This document shows, in pieces, positions 28,742 through 38,210 of a DNA stretch of 64,000 bases. The notes beneath the pieces are model-generated. The model was not told where the DNA came from and ran no database searches. It was given only the letters and a program-made list of their open reading frames with translations. Position 1 is the stretch's first letter. Each line of letters opens with the position of its first letter. This DNA is from Promethearchaeota archaeon (GTDB taxonomy: Archaea; Asgardarchaeota; Lokiarchaeia; Sigyniarchaeales; SOKP01). The DNA is taken from assembly GCA_019058245.1 (NCBI GenBank), contig JAHPZJ010000020.1:9986-73985 (forward strand), given 5' to 3'. Both the position numbers and the translations under genes were made by a program.

Positions 28742-29497
28742 ATTCTTCTATGGGTAATATTATTTAGTATTTTGGGCAGTATTGGAGCGATAGTTTTGGC
28801 TATTGGTTTTATAAGTTTAAATAAAAATTCTCAAAAATCACTAGTTACATGTTTGGTAGCATATGCAACAGGGACTTTACTAGCAGCCGCATCTCTAGGA
28901 ATGATCCCTACGGCAATCTCAAAAGCAGGAGAAGCAATACAATTAATTATGGCATTTTTTTTAGGAGCACTTATGTTTTTCTTTATTCTTGAGAAATTGA
29001 TAATTTGGCGGCATTGTCACGATAAAGATTGTATTGTAACTGGTGAAGCTACAGGACCAATTATTCTTATTGGAGATGCATTTCATAATTTTGTAGATGG
29101 TATTGTTATTGCCGCCTCGTTTTTAACAAGTTTTACTTTTGGGATAGCTATTAGTCTTTCTGTTATTGCGCATGAAGTTCCTCAGGAAATAGGAGATTTA
29201 GCAATTCTCATTGATAAGAATTATTCAAAAAAGAAAGCATTCTTATATAATACTTTTTCAGGATTAAGCACTATACCAGCAGCAATAATAGGATATTTCA
29301 TATTAGATATAATTTCTATGGCGATTCCTTATGTTCTTATAATTTCAGCCGCAAGTTTTATTTACATTGCATTATCCGATTTAACACCAGAACTTCATCA
29401 AAAATTAGGATTAAAGCATAGCGTAAGGCAGTTGATTTTAATTTTTGCAGGAATAATTACTATGATATTGATATTTATGCTAAAATCCATACTATAG
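28742..29497 (+). CDS. ZIP-family divalent metal transporter (ZupT-like), paralog 1; the start codon is uncertain (ATT aligned with the paralog ATG, first canonical start TTG at 28772)
   Basis: HNFVDGIVIA and HEVPQEIGD motifs are present. The frame is open from the TGA at 28733. ILLWVILFSILGSIGA aligns with MLIWIILFSILGSVGA of the downstream paralog. Confidence 0.8.
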   Translation: MLLWVILFSILGSIGAIVLAIGFISLNKNSQKSLVTCLVAYATGTLLAAASLGMIPTAISKAGEAIQLIMAFFLGALMFFFILEKLIIWRHCHDKDCIVTGEATGPIILIGDAFHNFVDGIVIAASFLTSFTFGIAISLSVIAHEVPQEIGDLAILIDKNYSKKKAFLYNTFSGLSTIPAAIIGYFILDIISMAIPYVLIISAASFIYIALSDLTPELHQKLGLKHSVRQLILIFAGIITMILIFMLKSIL

Positions 29498-29519
29498 GGA
29501 AAAGGGGAGATAATTCAAG

Positions 29520-30275
29520 ATGTTGATATGGATTATTTTATTTAGTATATTAGGAAGTGTTGGTGCCCTAACTATTGCTGGAGTTTTTGTATTTTTGGGA
29601 GTTAATTATCAAAAAACACTTATCCCTATCCTTATTGCTTTTGCAACGGGGGTATTATTAGCAGTTGCTTTTTTAGGTTTAATTCCAGAAGCGATTGAAG
29701 AAGTTGGAGAACCTCATTTAATTATGCCTTTCATATTAGGAGGAATCCTGTTTTTCTTTTTAATGGAAAAGATGGTGATATGGAGGAATTGTCGTGATAA
29801 AACATGTAAAGTGCACTCTCATGCTTCTGGAGCAATTGTTCTTGTGGGTGATTCTTTCCATAACTTTACAGATGGGATTGTAATAGCTGCATCATTTTTA
29901 GCTGGACTAAATCTTGGAGTTGTTGCGGGACTGACGATTATAATTCATGAAATATCTCAGGAAACTGCAGATTTTGGTATACTTCTGCATTCAGGATATT
30001 CAAAGAAAAAAGCTTTTTTGTACAATACTATCTCAAGTTTAACAACTATCCCGGCTTCTATTATCTCATTTTTCATATTAGATTCTCTTGAATTTGTTAT
30101 TCCATTTTTATTGGCAATTTCTGCTGCTAGTTTCATTTATATAGCTCTTTCAGATTTAACTCCTGATCTCCATAAAAATTCAGATTTTAAATATATTATC
30201 CGTCAATTAGTAACAATTCTAATAGGAATACTATTGATGACCCTGATATTATCGTTAGGAGGGCATCATAATTAA
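29520..30275 (+). CDS. ZIP-family divalent metal transporter (ZupT-like), paralog 2
   Basis: HNFTDGIVIA and HEISQETADFG motifs are present. It is collinear with paralog 1 along its full length. Confidence 0.85.
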   Translation: MLIWIILFSILGSVGALTIAGVFVFLGVNYQKTLIPILIAFATGVLLAVAFLGLIPEAIEEVGEPHLIMPFILGGILFFFLMEKMVIWRNCRDKTCKVHSHASGAIVLVGDSFHNFTDGIVIAASFLAGLNLGVVAGLTIIIHEISQETADFGILLHSGYSKKKAFLYNTISSLTTIPASIISFFILDSLEFVIPFLLAISAASFIYIALSDLTPDLHKNSDFKYIIRQLVTILIGILLMTLILSLGGHHN

Positions 30276-30294
30276 AATTTAAAAGGATTATCGC

Positions 30295-30723
30295 ATGTTA
30301 GATATCGATTATATAGTATTAAAAAAGTTATATAAATATGGTCCTCTGAAAGTGGGAGAATTAGCAAAGAACCTTAAATCTCCTCATTCAACTATTGGTA
30401 GTTGTATAAAACGATTAGAAAAAAAAGGATATGTTGTATATAACAGATATAAATCAGTGTATTTATCGGAGAAAGGGAAAGATCTCACCATTGAGTTAAA
30501 GCGTCATTCACATCTTCTTGAATTGCTATTAGTTAATGAGCTTGAAATAGAAGCAGAGAAAGCTCATAATGAGTGCGAAAAATTCAATTTACTTTTTTCA
30601 TGTGAAATAATAAACAAAATTTGTGAAAGATATGGCCATCCAAAAAAATGTCCCTGTGGAGAAGAGATACTAAACTCTATAGACTGTTTTTGTGAAGAAA
30701 AAAATAATAGTTCACTTAATTAA
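30295..30723 (+). CDS. DtxR/MntR-family metal-dependent transcriptional regulator with a Cys-rich tail
   Basis: The wHTH reads LKVGELAKNLKSPHSTIGSCIKRLEKKGYV, and LSEKGKDL...RHSHLLELLL is typical of DtxR. The C-terminus reads HPKKCPCGEEILNSIDCFCEE. Confidence 0.75.
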   Translation: MLDIDYIVLKKLYKYGPLKVGELAKNLKSPHSTIGSCIKRLEKKGYVVYNRYKSVYLSEKGKDLTIELKRHSHLLELLLVNELEIEAEKAHNECEKFNLLFSCEIINKICERYGHPKKCPCGEEILNSIDCFCEEKNNSSLN

Positions 30724-31188
30724 TTTATTAGAAGCAAATGCTATCACAATTATTCCATAAAAATAATGATGGCTACTCATATTTGATTTACTGGAATGAA
30801 TAATTTGGCATTCATAACTTAATAAACTATCTTTAATTGTTGGTACTTTTATATTAATACCTGGAATAGTTTGAATACCTGCTTTTTTGAATTTATCAAC
30901 ATTTCTTCCAGAATAAGATCCAGCAATATCTATTGCGTCATAGATTTTATCTGAGGGAATATTTACAGAAAATTCATTCACACCCTCAGTGAGACATTCA
31001 TATGTATATCGTGTATATGCTACTTGCGCCCTGATAACAATATTCCCTTGAAATTCTTCAATAGTTTTCCAATCTAGAGCCATAACATTTGGTTTTCCAT
31101 TTTTATCCATTGATACCATTAATCCCGTATTTCTTTTGAAATACTCAATATAATCATAGGGATCAATTTCTTTCCTATTGTTAGACAT
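30712..31188 (-). CDS. Flavin-reductase-like (FMN-binding split-barrel) protein
   Basis: Size and the pattern GKPNVMALDWKT...FSVNIP are consistent with the flavin reductase-like domain family. Confidence 0.55.
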   Translation of the reverse strand: MSNNRKEIDPYDYIEYFKRNTGLMVSMDKNGKPNVMALDWKTIEEFQGNIVIRAQVAYTRYTYECLTEGVNEFSVNIPSDKIYDAIDIAGSYSGRNVDKFKKAGIQTIPGINIKVPTIKDSLLSYECQIIHSSKSNMSSHHYFYGIIVIAFASNKLIK

Positions 31189-31241
31189 TTTCTTACATTT
31201 ACTTTTTAATTCTAATAAAAATTTTCAAAATACTTTAAATA

Positions 31242-32078
31242 TTATGGAAGACCCGCTCCAGGTACATCAACTTTAACATATTCTATCTTTCCATTTGTTC
31301 TTTCTTGAGTTGAAGTACAAATAAAGAGGATATCTCTATCTTGACCACCTAACATACAAGCAAAAGCATCTGTATTGACGTTAACTTTATCAGTTATTTT
31401 ACCACCTTCTAGAACACGTACAGCGCTACTATAATTAGGCGTAGCTACCCAAATTGCCCCCTCAGCATCTAAACATATACCATCTGGTGGCAATGATTTG
31501 AGATCTGCCCAAACTCTTCGATTCGTTAAAGAACTATCATCATTTATGTCAAAGGCTGTTAGTCGATATGCATAAGTTTCTGCCACTATAAGTGTTTTAT
31601 CATCTGGGGTAATTATCATTCCATTCGGGAATTTCATATTATCCGCAACAATCTTGGCATCTCCTTGGGGAGATACAAGAATTACTTCAGCGGGTTCAAA
31701 TAATTTATTATTAATATAATCAAAACCAAAATTTCCTACATAGGCTCTACCTTCTTTATCTACAACCATATCATTTATTGGGAATGATATAAGTTTGCTT
31801 AAATCGGCTAATTCAGTAAGACCATCTGGATCAAGACGTAGTAAACGACGATTTTCCATTGAAACTATTAATAAATGTCCATCTGGAAGCCATCCTAACC
31901 CAGAAGGGCGATTTGGTATCTCTGTTATTATTTCTGGATTACCATTTAGATCAACAGCAGTTACCTTACGTGACCTCATATCAGAAAACCAAAGCCTCTC
32001 CTCATGCCAACGAGGACCCTCTGGAAACTTTAATCCTTCTAAAAGTACTTTTGTCTCTAAATATTCCAATTTTCTCAC
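31242..32078 (-). CDS. SMP-30 / gluconolactonase / LRE-like beta-propeller protein
   Basis: FPEGPRWHEERLWFSDM, PSGLGWLPDG, INDMVVDKEGRAYVGNFG, FPNGMIITPD and PDGICLDAEGAIWVA are present. Confidence 0.8.
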   Translation of the reverse strand: MRKLEYLETKVLLEGLKFPEGPRWHEERLWFSDMRSRKVTAVDLNGNPEIITEIPNRPSGLGWLPDGHLLIVSMENRRLLRLDPDGLTELADLSKLISFPINDMVVDKEGRAYVGNFGFDYINNKLFEPAEVILVSPQGDAKIVADNMKFPNGMIITPDDKTLIVAETYAYRLTAFDINDDSSLTNRRVWADLKSLPPDGICLDAEGAIWVATPNYSSAVRVLEGGKITDKVNVNTDAFACMLGGQDRDILFICTSTQERTNGKIEYVKVDVPGAGLP

Positions 32079-32394
32079 AAATTTCGATTATGTTTTAAAT
32101 TTTTTAGTATAAATTATTTTTTCTTATACGCTTAAATATGCATCTTCCTAATCATCGTCAGTGGCAATATTTTCAGATCATTCATGGCATCAGACCTCAG
32201 GATAACCGATATCAAAATTATCTCCCTCTAAATCACCATATAATATGATTCTATAATAAAATTAAACTCTATCATCATGTTTACTAATTATTTTGAAATT
32301 AATTATATTATTTTACTTATATTCATTTTTAATCGGAAGATTTGTTTAAAATATAATAAAATAAGGCAAAAAATAATATAAGTATTGCATAAAA

Positions 32395-33432
32395 TTATGC
32401 AATACAGCTACTTGCATCCCTTAATCTTTTTTCAGCATCATTTACGATCTCATCAATAATATTTTGAGCATTATTAATTGAATTAATTAAACCAATACTT
32501 TGACCCAAAAGAACAGCTCCATCAATTGTATTTCCCTCATAAGTCATTTCATAATGCTTTTGATCTTCCATTGCCATTTCAGGGGTAATTTGTGCTTCTA
32601 ATGACATTTTTTCTTCTTTGCTGGATACAACACTATGATGCAAAGAATATTCATTTTTCCAGAGCCGAATTGGACCAAGAACTCCAGTAACCCATATAGT
32701 ATCATCTGCTTTTGCTGAAGGTGTGATATTTTTATATTTATCATGGAATTCACTTTCATTTGAAGCGATAAATCTCGATCCCATAGCGATAGCACCAGCA
32801 CCCATAGCTAGCGCTGAAGCTAAACCCTCTCCAGTAGCAAAACCACCACATGCTATTATCGGAACGTTTGAATGTTTTCGTGTAACTTGCTGTAATAGAA
32901 CTAATGTACTGATTTTTTCATAACTCTGATGTCCTCCTCCTTCCCAACCAGTAGCAACAACTCCATCAACTCCCGATTCTATACATTTATCAGCAAGCCA
33001 TAAAGCAGGAGCAACATGAAAATGCTTAATATTAGATCCGCTTTCCTTTAATTTTATATAGTTTTTAGTTTTTGGCAATGTTCTAGGGGAGCCAGCACTA
33101 GTTAATGCATACACACATTGTTCCTTTATTTTTGGTTTATTCATAATAAATTCTGAAATCCCTCGACAGAGCCTTGGTGCATCAAGTTGCAATCTTGAAG
33201 TTCTTATATTAAATCCAAAAGGCTTATCTGTGTGTTCTACTACGTATTCCATATCCTTCTTCATTTCTTCTAGACTATTTTTTCCAAATAAATTTGTATG
33301 GCTTAGAACTCCCAATCCACCAGCCTCTGAAACTGCTACTGTCAATTCTTTTGTGTAGAAAGGACCCATAGGTGCTGCAATAATTGGATGTTTGATGCCT
33401 AATAATTCAGTTATATTTGTTCTTAATACCAT
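32395..33432 (-). CDS. Nitronate monooxygenase / FabK-like FMN oxidoreductase (NMO family), paralog A
   Basis: ITELLGIKHPIIAAPMG, GWEGGGH, ACGGFATGEGLASALAMGAGAIAMGSRF are present. Confidence 0.85.
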   Translation of the reverse strand: MVLRTNITELLGIKHPIIAAPMGPFYTKELTVAVSEAGGLGVLSHTNLFGKNSLEEMKKDMEYVVEHTDKPFGFNIRTSRLQLDAPRLCRGISEFIMNKPKIKEQCVYALTSAGSPRTLPKTKNYIKLKESGSNIKHFHVAPALWLADKCIESGVDGVVATGWEGGGHQSYEKISTLVLLQQVTRKHSNVPIIACGGFATGEGLASALAMGAGAIAMGSRFIASNESEFHDKYKNITPSAKADDTIWVTGVLGPIRLWKNEYSLHHSVVSSKEEKMSLEAQITPEMAMEDQKHYEMTYEGNTIDGAVLLGQSIGLINSINNAQNIIDEIVNDAEKRLRDASSCIA

Positions 33433-33840
33433 TTTCCTGTACTTTTCTAATTCTTATTAAATATATTTCTTACTTGTAATATTGATAAAGAAAAATAAGA
33501 AAATAATATAAAATTATCAATTTCGAACCGATAATATAGAAAATTTTTTTTTGAAAAAATTTCTTACAACAATGTTTTAACGTTATTGAAAGAGATCTTT
33601 CAAGATTTATTTAATTTTAATAATATTAGATTATTTAATATAGTTATATAAATTTAAAAAATTCCCAGATTAATAATCCAAAAGTTTATGGGATTTATTC
33701 GAAACGATATTAATAAATAGTAGAAAAATAACTTTAAATATTAGTTTCTTTTTGATTTTATAGAATAAGTATCAATAATTTAATCTTTTACAATAATTTA
33801 TTAAATAAATAAAAAAATCTAAAGTACTCTAGATGAGGAG

Positions 33841-34854
33841 ATAAAGTTTAATATTAAACTAGTTGTTTGTGGTGAAGGAAAAGTTGGGAAAACTTCAATA
33901 ATAGATGCTTTTTTAGGTAATGAAGTTCCTGAACAATACTTACCAACAATCGGTAATGTCACTAATAAAAAAGAATATTTATTAAAGGAGAATGGTAAAT
34001 CACTTAAAATTTTGATATCGATATGGGATTTAGGTGGTCAAAGATCTTTCAATCCATTTAATCCTTCAATATATACTAATACAGATATTGCTATTTTAGT
34101 TTTTGATTTAACTAGACCAGAAGAGACTTTAAAAAATTTAAAGAGAGAATTCTTAAAAAATTTAAATCAAAATTCTGAAGATTTCTTATTACTTTATGTT
34201 GGAAATAAAATAGATCTACTTGAAAAAGATAATTCTTTAAAAATGGCAATTCAAGAGTTCTTTACTCAAAATGATCATCTAATGCTAACATCCGCCAAAA
34301 CAGGAGAAAATGTTGCTGATTGTTTTGAATTGTTATTATCAACTTATTTAAGAAAAGAGGAAATTTTAAATCCAGATCTAATTCTTGATAATCCCTCTAG
34401 TGTGTTTCATAATCTCATTGGCAAGGATGAGGAGAAATTAAAAAATAAACTTATTAAAATAACTGAGATTGAGTCAGTCCTAGAAAAAATAAAACCGATA
34501 CCAAAAACAGTAAAAGAAGAGAAAGTTATTGAGGAAGAAGCGAAGGAAGATAAAGAAGTAAAATATTATGAATTTCTTAGAAAAGAATTAGATCAAAATG
34601 AATTACAAAGATTAGAAGTACTAGATCGTTTTTTAATAAGTTTATCAGAATTAGATGATACAATAAAACATATTAAAAAATCAAAAACCACATCCGTGAT
34701 TGGACTAATTGATGATTTAAAGAAAATTTTAATAAATGCTAAGAAAGAATTTAAAAAGAATGCTAATTTAATGATAAAATTAAATTCAGAAGAATTTGAA
34801 TTAATAAAGGTTATCTCCAAGTTTGATGAAGAACAATCTTTACTAAACCAATAA
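33841..34854 (+). CDS. Rab/Ras-like small GTPase with a ~170-aa coiled-coil C-terminal extension; the 5' end is uncertain (no canonical start upstream of the P-loop)
   Basis: My hand translation of the frame upstream of the track ORF (34012) gives IKFNIKLVVCGEGKVGKTSIIDAFLGNEVPEQYLPTIGNV. After that come WDLGGQ, GNKIDL and TSAKTGENV. An in-frame TAA lies at 33820-33822. Confidence 0.8.
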   Translation: MKFNIKLVVCGEGKVGKTSIIDAFLGNEVPEQYLPTIGNVTNKKEYLLKENGKSLKILISIWDLGGQRSFNPFNPSIYTNTDIAILVFDLTRPEETLKNLKREFLKNLNQNSEDFLLLYVGNKIDLLEKDNSLKMAIQEFFTQNDHLMLTSAKTGENVADCFELLLSTYLRKEEILNPDLILDNPSSVFHNLIGKDEEKLKNKLIKITEIESVLEKIKPIPKTVKEEKVIEEEAKEDKEVKYYEFLRKELDQNELQRLEVLDRFLISLSELDDTIKHIKKSKTTSVIGLIDDLKKILINAKKEFKKNANLMIKLNSEEFELIKVISKFDEEQSLLNQ

Positions 34855-34921
34855 TAATCATGTGTTTAAAGGTTAAAACAAATAAAATTTAACAAACCAT
34901 TATCATTACAAAGTGTATAAA

Positions 34922-35794
34922 ATGCCCGAAGAAGTATCTCTAAAAGATTTTCAAAAATTAAAGGATCAATTTAATAAATTTGAACAAAAATTTAGTGATT
35001 TATTTAAAAAATCTGAACAAAAATCAACTGACCAATTTAATGATATTGAGAAGAAATTAACAGTTCAGGTTGATGATATAAAAAAATATTCAACCGAAAA
35101 TATTAGCAAATTAGAACAAAAAGTAAAGGACGATTATACATCATTAGCTCAAAATATAGATGATCTAGAAGAAAAAATAGATACAAAAATTGAAACTCTA
35201 GCAAATACGGTTGGAAAAGAATTAAATGAAAAGTTTGCAAGTTTAGAACTAAAAATTGAGGGAATCCATAAATTATTAAATTCCGAAATTGAAAAAAAAA
35301 TCAAAAATATTGACCAACAATTGAATGTCTATGTAAGTAGTCTCAAAAGCGATTTAAAAACTATAAATGATGACCTAAAAAAAAATAAGGGAGAATTTTC
35401 TACTAGCTTAAAAACTGTAAAAAAAGATATTAAAGCGAAGGAAGAAGGGCTTTCAGATATGATTAAAAGTTTTGATAAAAAAAATATAGAATTTAAGAAA
35501 GAGATTAAACCTGTTATTGAAAACCTTAAAAGACAGCAAGATTTAGTCAAAATTACTGTTGATATACTGAAAAATCAGATTTATGAGAGTGCTAAAGAAT
35601 GGATTAATGACGAAATAAAATTAGCTTGTAAGGGTAAAGAAAAAGAAATTTTGATGAATTTATGGATTGATGAGATGAAAGAAATTATTGCAAACATAGA
35701 TAAATTAAAGGAAATGCATCCTAAAGAATTAAAACTTCATATAAATGAGATTTCAAGCACTATTGAATCATTTAAAGAGAAGTTTATAAAATAA
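34922..35794 (+). CDS. Coiled-coil protein, hypothetical
   Basis: The sequence is K/E/D-rich with heptad-like periodicity throughout. The ATG at 34922 is preferred over the GTG at 34913. It lies 60 nt downstream of the coiled-coil GTPase on the same strand. Confidence 0.6.
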   Translation: MPEEVSLKDFQKLKDQFNKFEQKFSDLFKKSEQKSTDQFNDIEKKLTVQVDDIKKYSTENISKLEQKVKDDYTSLAQNIDDLEEKIDTKIETLANTVGKELNEKFASLELKIEGIHKLLNSEIEKKIKNIDQQLNVYVSSLKSDLKTINDDLKKNKGEFSTSLKTVKKDIKAKEEGLSDMIKSFDKKNIEFKKEIKPVIENLKRQQDLVKITVDILKNQIYESAKEWINDEIKLACKGKEKEILMNLWIDEMKEIIANIDKLKEMHPKELKLHINEISSTIESFKEKFIK

Positions 35795-35906
35795 ATCTTT
35801 TTTTAACTTATTTTAACAATAAGATAATTTTGAATACTAAGAAAATCTTTTTTAAACATTTAATTAGAACTTTTTAATTATAAAATAACTTGAAATAATT
35901 TCAAAA

Positions 35907-36893
35907 ATGTGTCCTGATATTATATCTTTAGGAGAGTTATTAGTTGATATAATACGCACCGAAAAAGATACACCCCATAAAGAAATTGGAGCAATTTATA
36001 GAGGTCCCTTTCCAAGTGGAGCACCAGCAAATTATGTTAATTCAGCAGCTCGAATGGGATCGACTTTTTCATTAAAAACGGGATTTATTGGAGTAATAGG
36101 AGATGACGAATTCGGAAAATGTATTATTGAAAAATTACAAAAGGATAATGTAGATATTTCTCAAATTAGAGTATTAAAAGGATTAACTACTGGAATTGCA
36201 TTCAATCAATATAATTCAGATGGTTCTCGTAAATTTATCTTTGCAAAGGGAGCAGCTGGAAAAATATCCCCTGAAGATATTAATATGGATTATATAAAGA
36301 ATGCAAAAAATCTTCATATTACAGGAAGTGCTCTTTACATTAGTAAAACATCCTGTAAAGCATGTTATAAAGCTGTAAATCTAGCAAAATCAATAAATCC
36401 AGATATAATAATCTCATTTGATCCAAATTTAAGATTGGAAATGCTTAGTTTAGAAGAGATACTAAAAATCAGTAAACCTATTTTGGAAACTACAAGTATT
36501 TTACTTCCAAGTAAAGAAGAAGCTGAAATGCTTGCAGGAATTAATGATTTTAAAATTGCATGTCGTAAACTACTTGCAATGGGGCCTAAAATCATTATTT
36601 TAAAACAAGGAAGAGAGGGATGTACTATTTTCACCAAAGATAACCAAAAAGGATTAAAAGTCGAAAGTTTTAAAGTTATTGAAAGAGATCCTACTGGGGC
36701 TGGAGATGCTTTTGGGGGTGCATTCATTGTAGGTTTTTTAGCAGGTTGGGATTTGGAAAAAGCGGCTTTGTTTGCAAATGCAGTAGGCGCATTAAAAGTT
36801 GAAACTATTGGTCCAATGCCTGATACTTCATATGAAGATGTAATAAATTTCATGAAAATAAAGAAAATTAAAGATGTCAATAAGTTCGGCTAA
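35907..36893 (+). CDS. PfkB-family carbohydrate/nucleoside kinase
   Basis: It has the N-terminal GELLVD and the PfkB signature DPTGAGDAFGGAF. Confidence 0.85.
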   Translation: MCPDIISLGELLVDIIRTEKDTPHKEIGAIYRGPFPSGAPANYVNSAARMGSTFSLKTGFIGVIGDDEFGKCIIEKLQKDNVDISQIRVLKGLTTGIAFNQYNSDGSRKFIFAKGAAGKISPEDINMDYIKNAKNLHITGSALYISKTSCKACYKAVNLAKSINPDIIISFDPNLRLEMLSLEEILKISKPILETTSILLPSKEEAEMLAGINDFKIACRKLLAMGPKIIILKQGREGCTIFTKDNQKGLKVESFKVIERDPTGAGDAFGGAFIVGFLAGWDLEKAALFANAVGALKVETIGPMPDTSYEDVINFMKIKKIKDVNKFG

Positions 36894-37800
36894 GTCAATA
36901 CAAAAAAGGACACTTGAATTCTGTCATAGCATAAAGGACTGGGAAATAAATATACGACTATTTGAAAGCATCAATAGATTTCTTAAAAAAGAATATAATT
37001 TGATACCAGATAAAGAACGTGTTGGTAAAGGTGTAAAATATATTTCTAATCACGTGGCTAAAGGTGTTTTTCAAAACTTATTCAATCAAGAAAAAATTGA
37101 TAGAGAATTCATTATTGAATTTATAGAAACTGGATTTAATTATGGAGAAAATATAGAAAGCCAAATAATTCAGCTTTTTGCATTACATATTATTGCTGAA
37201 TTCATATCATTATTTCCTAATGATTTTGAGAAAATGCTTCCCTTAATAAAAAAATACGCTTGTCATAGAAATTGGATCGTTAGAGAGACAATCGCTGATT
37301 CAATATTAGCAGGCCTTAAAAAAAAGATGGATATTACTCTCAGTTTTTTAAATAAATGGGCTAAAAGCAGTAATGAAAATCTCAGAAGACTAGTCTCAGA
37401 AAGCCTTAGGCCCCATTCTTCTATAAAATGGCTCAGAGATCCTACAAAAAATGATAAAATCTTAGATATTCTTACGATATTAAGAAGTGATCCATCTCTT
37501 TATGTAAGGAAATCTGTGGGAAATAATCTTAAAGATCTATCAAAATATATGCCTGAAAAAATCCTTAATTTATTAGAATCTTGGATAAAAAAAGCACAGA
37601 TTATAGTTCATGATGAATTAGCATCTGAACTTGGGCTTAACCAGGTAGAAAAAAGATTAATATGGACAATGAAGCATGCGATGAGATGGATAAAAAATAA
37701 AAATCCAGAATATCACTCCCACCTTGAAAAAATATTGGGGAAAAACTATATATTATTTTATGATGAAAAGAAAAATAGATTTGCAAAACCTATAAAATAA
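36874..37800 (+). CDS. HEAT-like repeat protein of the DNA alkylation repair (AlkD-like) family
   Basis: Repeats are present: NWIVRETIADSIL, NENLRRLVSESLRP and PSLYVRKSVGNNLKDLSK. It overlaps the upstream kinase gene by 20 nt. Confidence 0.6.
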   Translation: MSISSAKSIQKRTLEFCHSIKDWEINIRLFESINRFLKKEYNLIPDKERVGKGVKYISNHVAKGVFQNLFNQEKIDREFIIEFIETGFNYGENIESQIIQLFALHIIAEFISLFPNDFEKMLPLIKKYACHRNWIVRETIADSILAGLKKKMDITLSFLNKWAKSSNENLRRLVSESLRPHSSIKWLRDPTKNDKILDILTILRSDPSLYVRKSVGNNLKDLSKYMPEKILNLLESWIKKAQIIVHDELASELGLNQVEKRLIWTMKHAMRWIKNKNPEYHSHLEKILGKNYILFYDEKKNRFAKPIK

Positions 37801-38210
37801 ATTAAAATGAGGAGAGACTAGAATGTCTGTTCAAACGCGAATCATTGATAAAGTTTAACCGATATCGTTCAATCCGGTCAAAAGACACAATAACCCTATG
37901 TTTGGAAACAAAATGATTCAAAAAATTACAAATTACTACTGAAAACATTTTCATTTATAAAGTTATCCATTTATTTGGTCCTATTCCATAAAAAAAAAAG
38001 AGTAAATATTAACATTTAAATATCTGAACTTTCTCTATTTCTTAAGAACCAAATATGATGAGCAAAATAATGTTTAATTATATCAACATCTATTTGAACA
38101 AAAAAAATTTTGCAATAAAATTAAATATTGCAAAAATTAATTAAATTTTCATATTCTAATTCTATATGAGGTATAAATTATCATAATCTTATAATGATAA
38201 ATCCAATATA

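Noticed and set aside
31795-32112. 105-aa and 79-aa ORFs on the plus strand
   Set aside because: They are antisense to the SMP-30/gluconolactonase-like gene, which has strong motifs.
33833-33844. Programmed -1 frameshift from ATG 33833 (ATG AGG AGA TAA) into the GTPase frame
   Set aside because: There is no canonical X XXY YYZ slippery heptamer and no obvious downstream structure. I kept it only as an alternative explanation within the start-codon finding.
36365-36880. 171-aa ORF on the minus strand
   Set aside because: It is entirely antisense to the well-supported PfkB kinase gene. Its composition is low-complexity and S/I/F-rich, typical of the reverse frame of an AT-rich gene.
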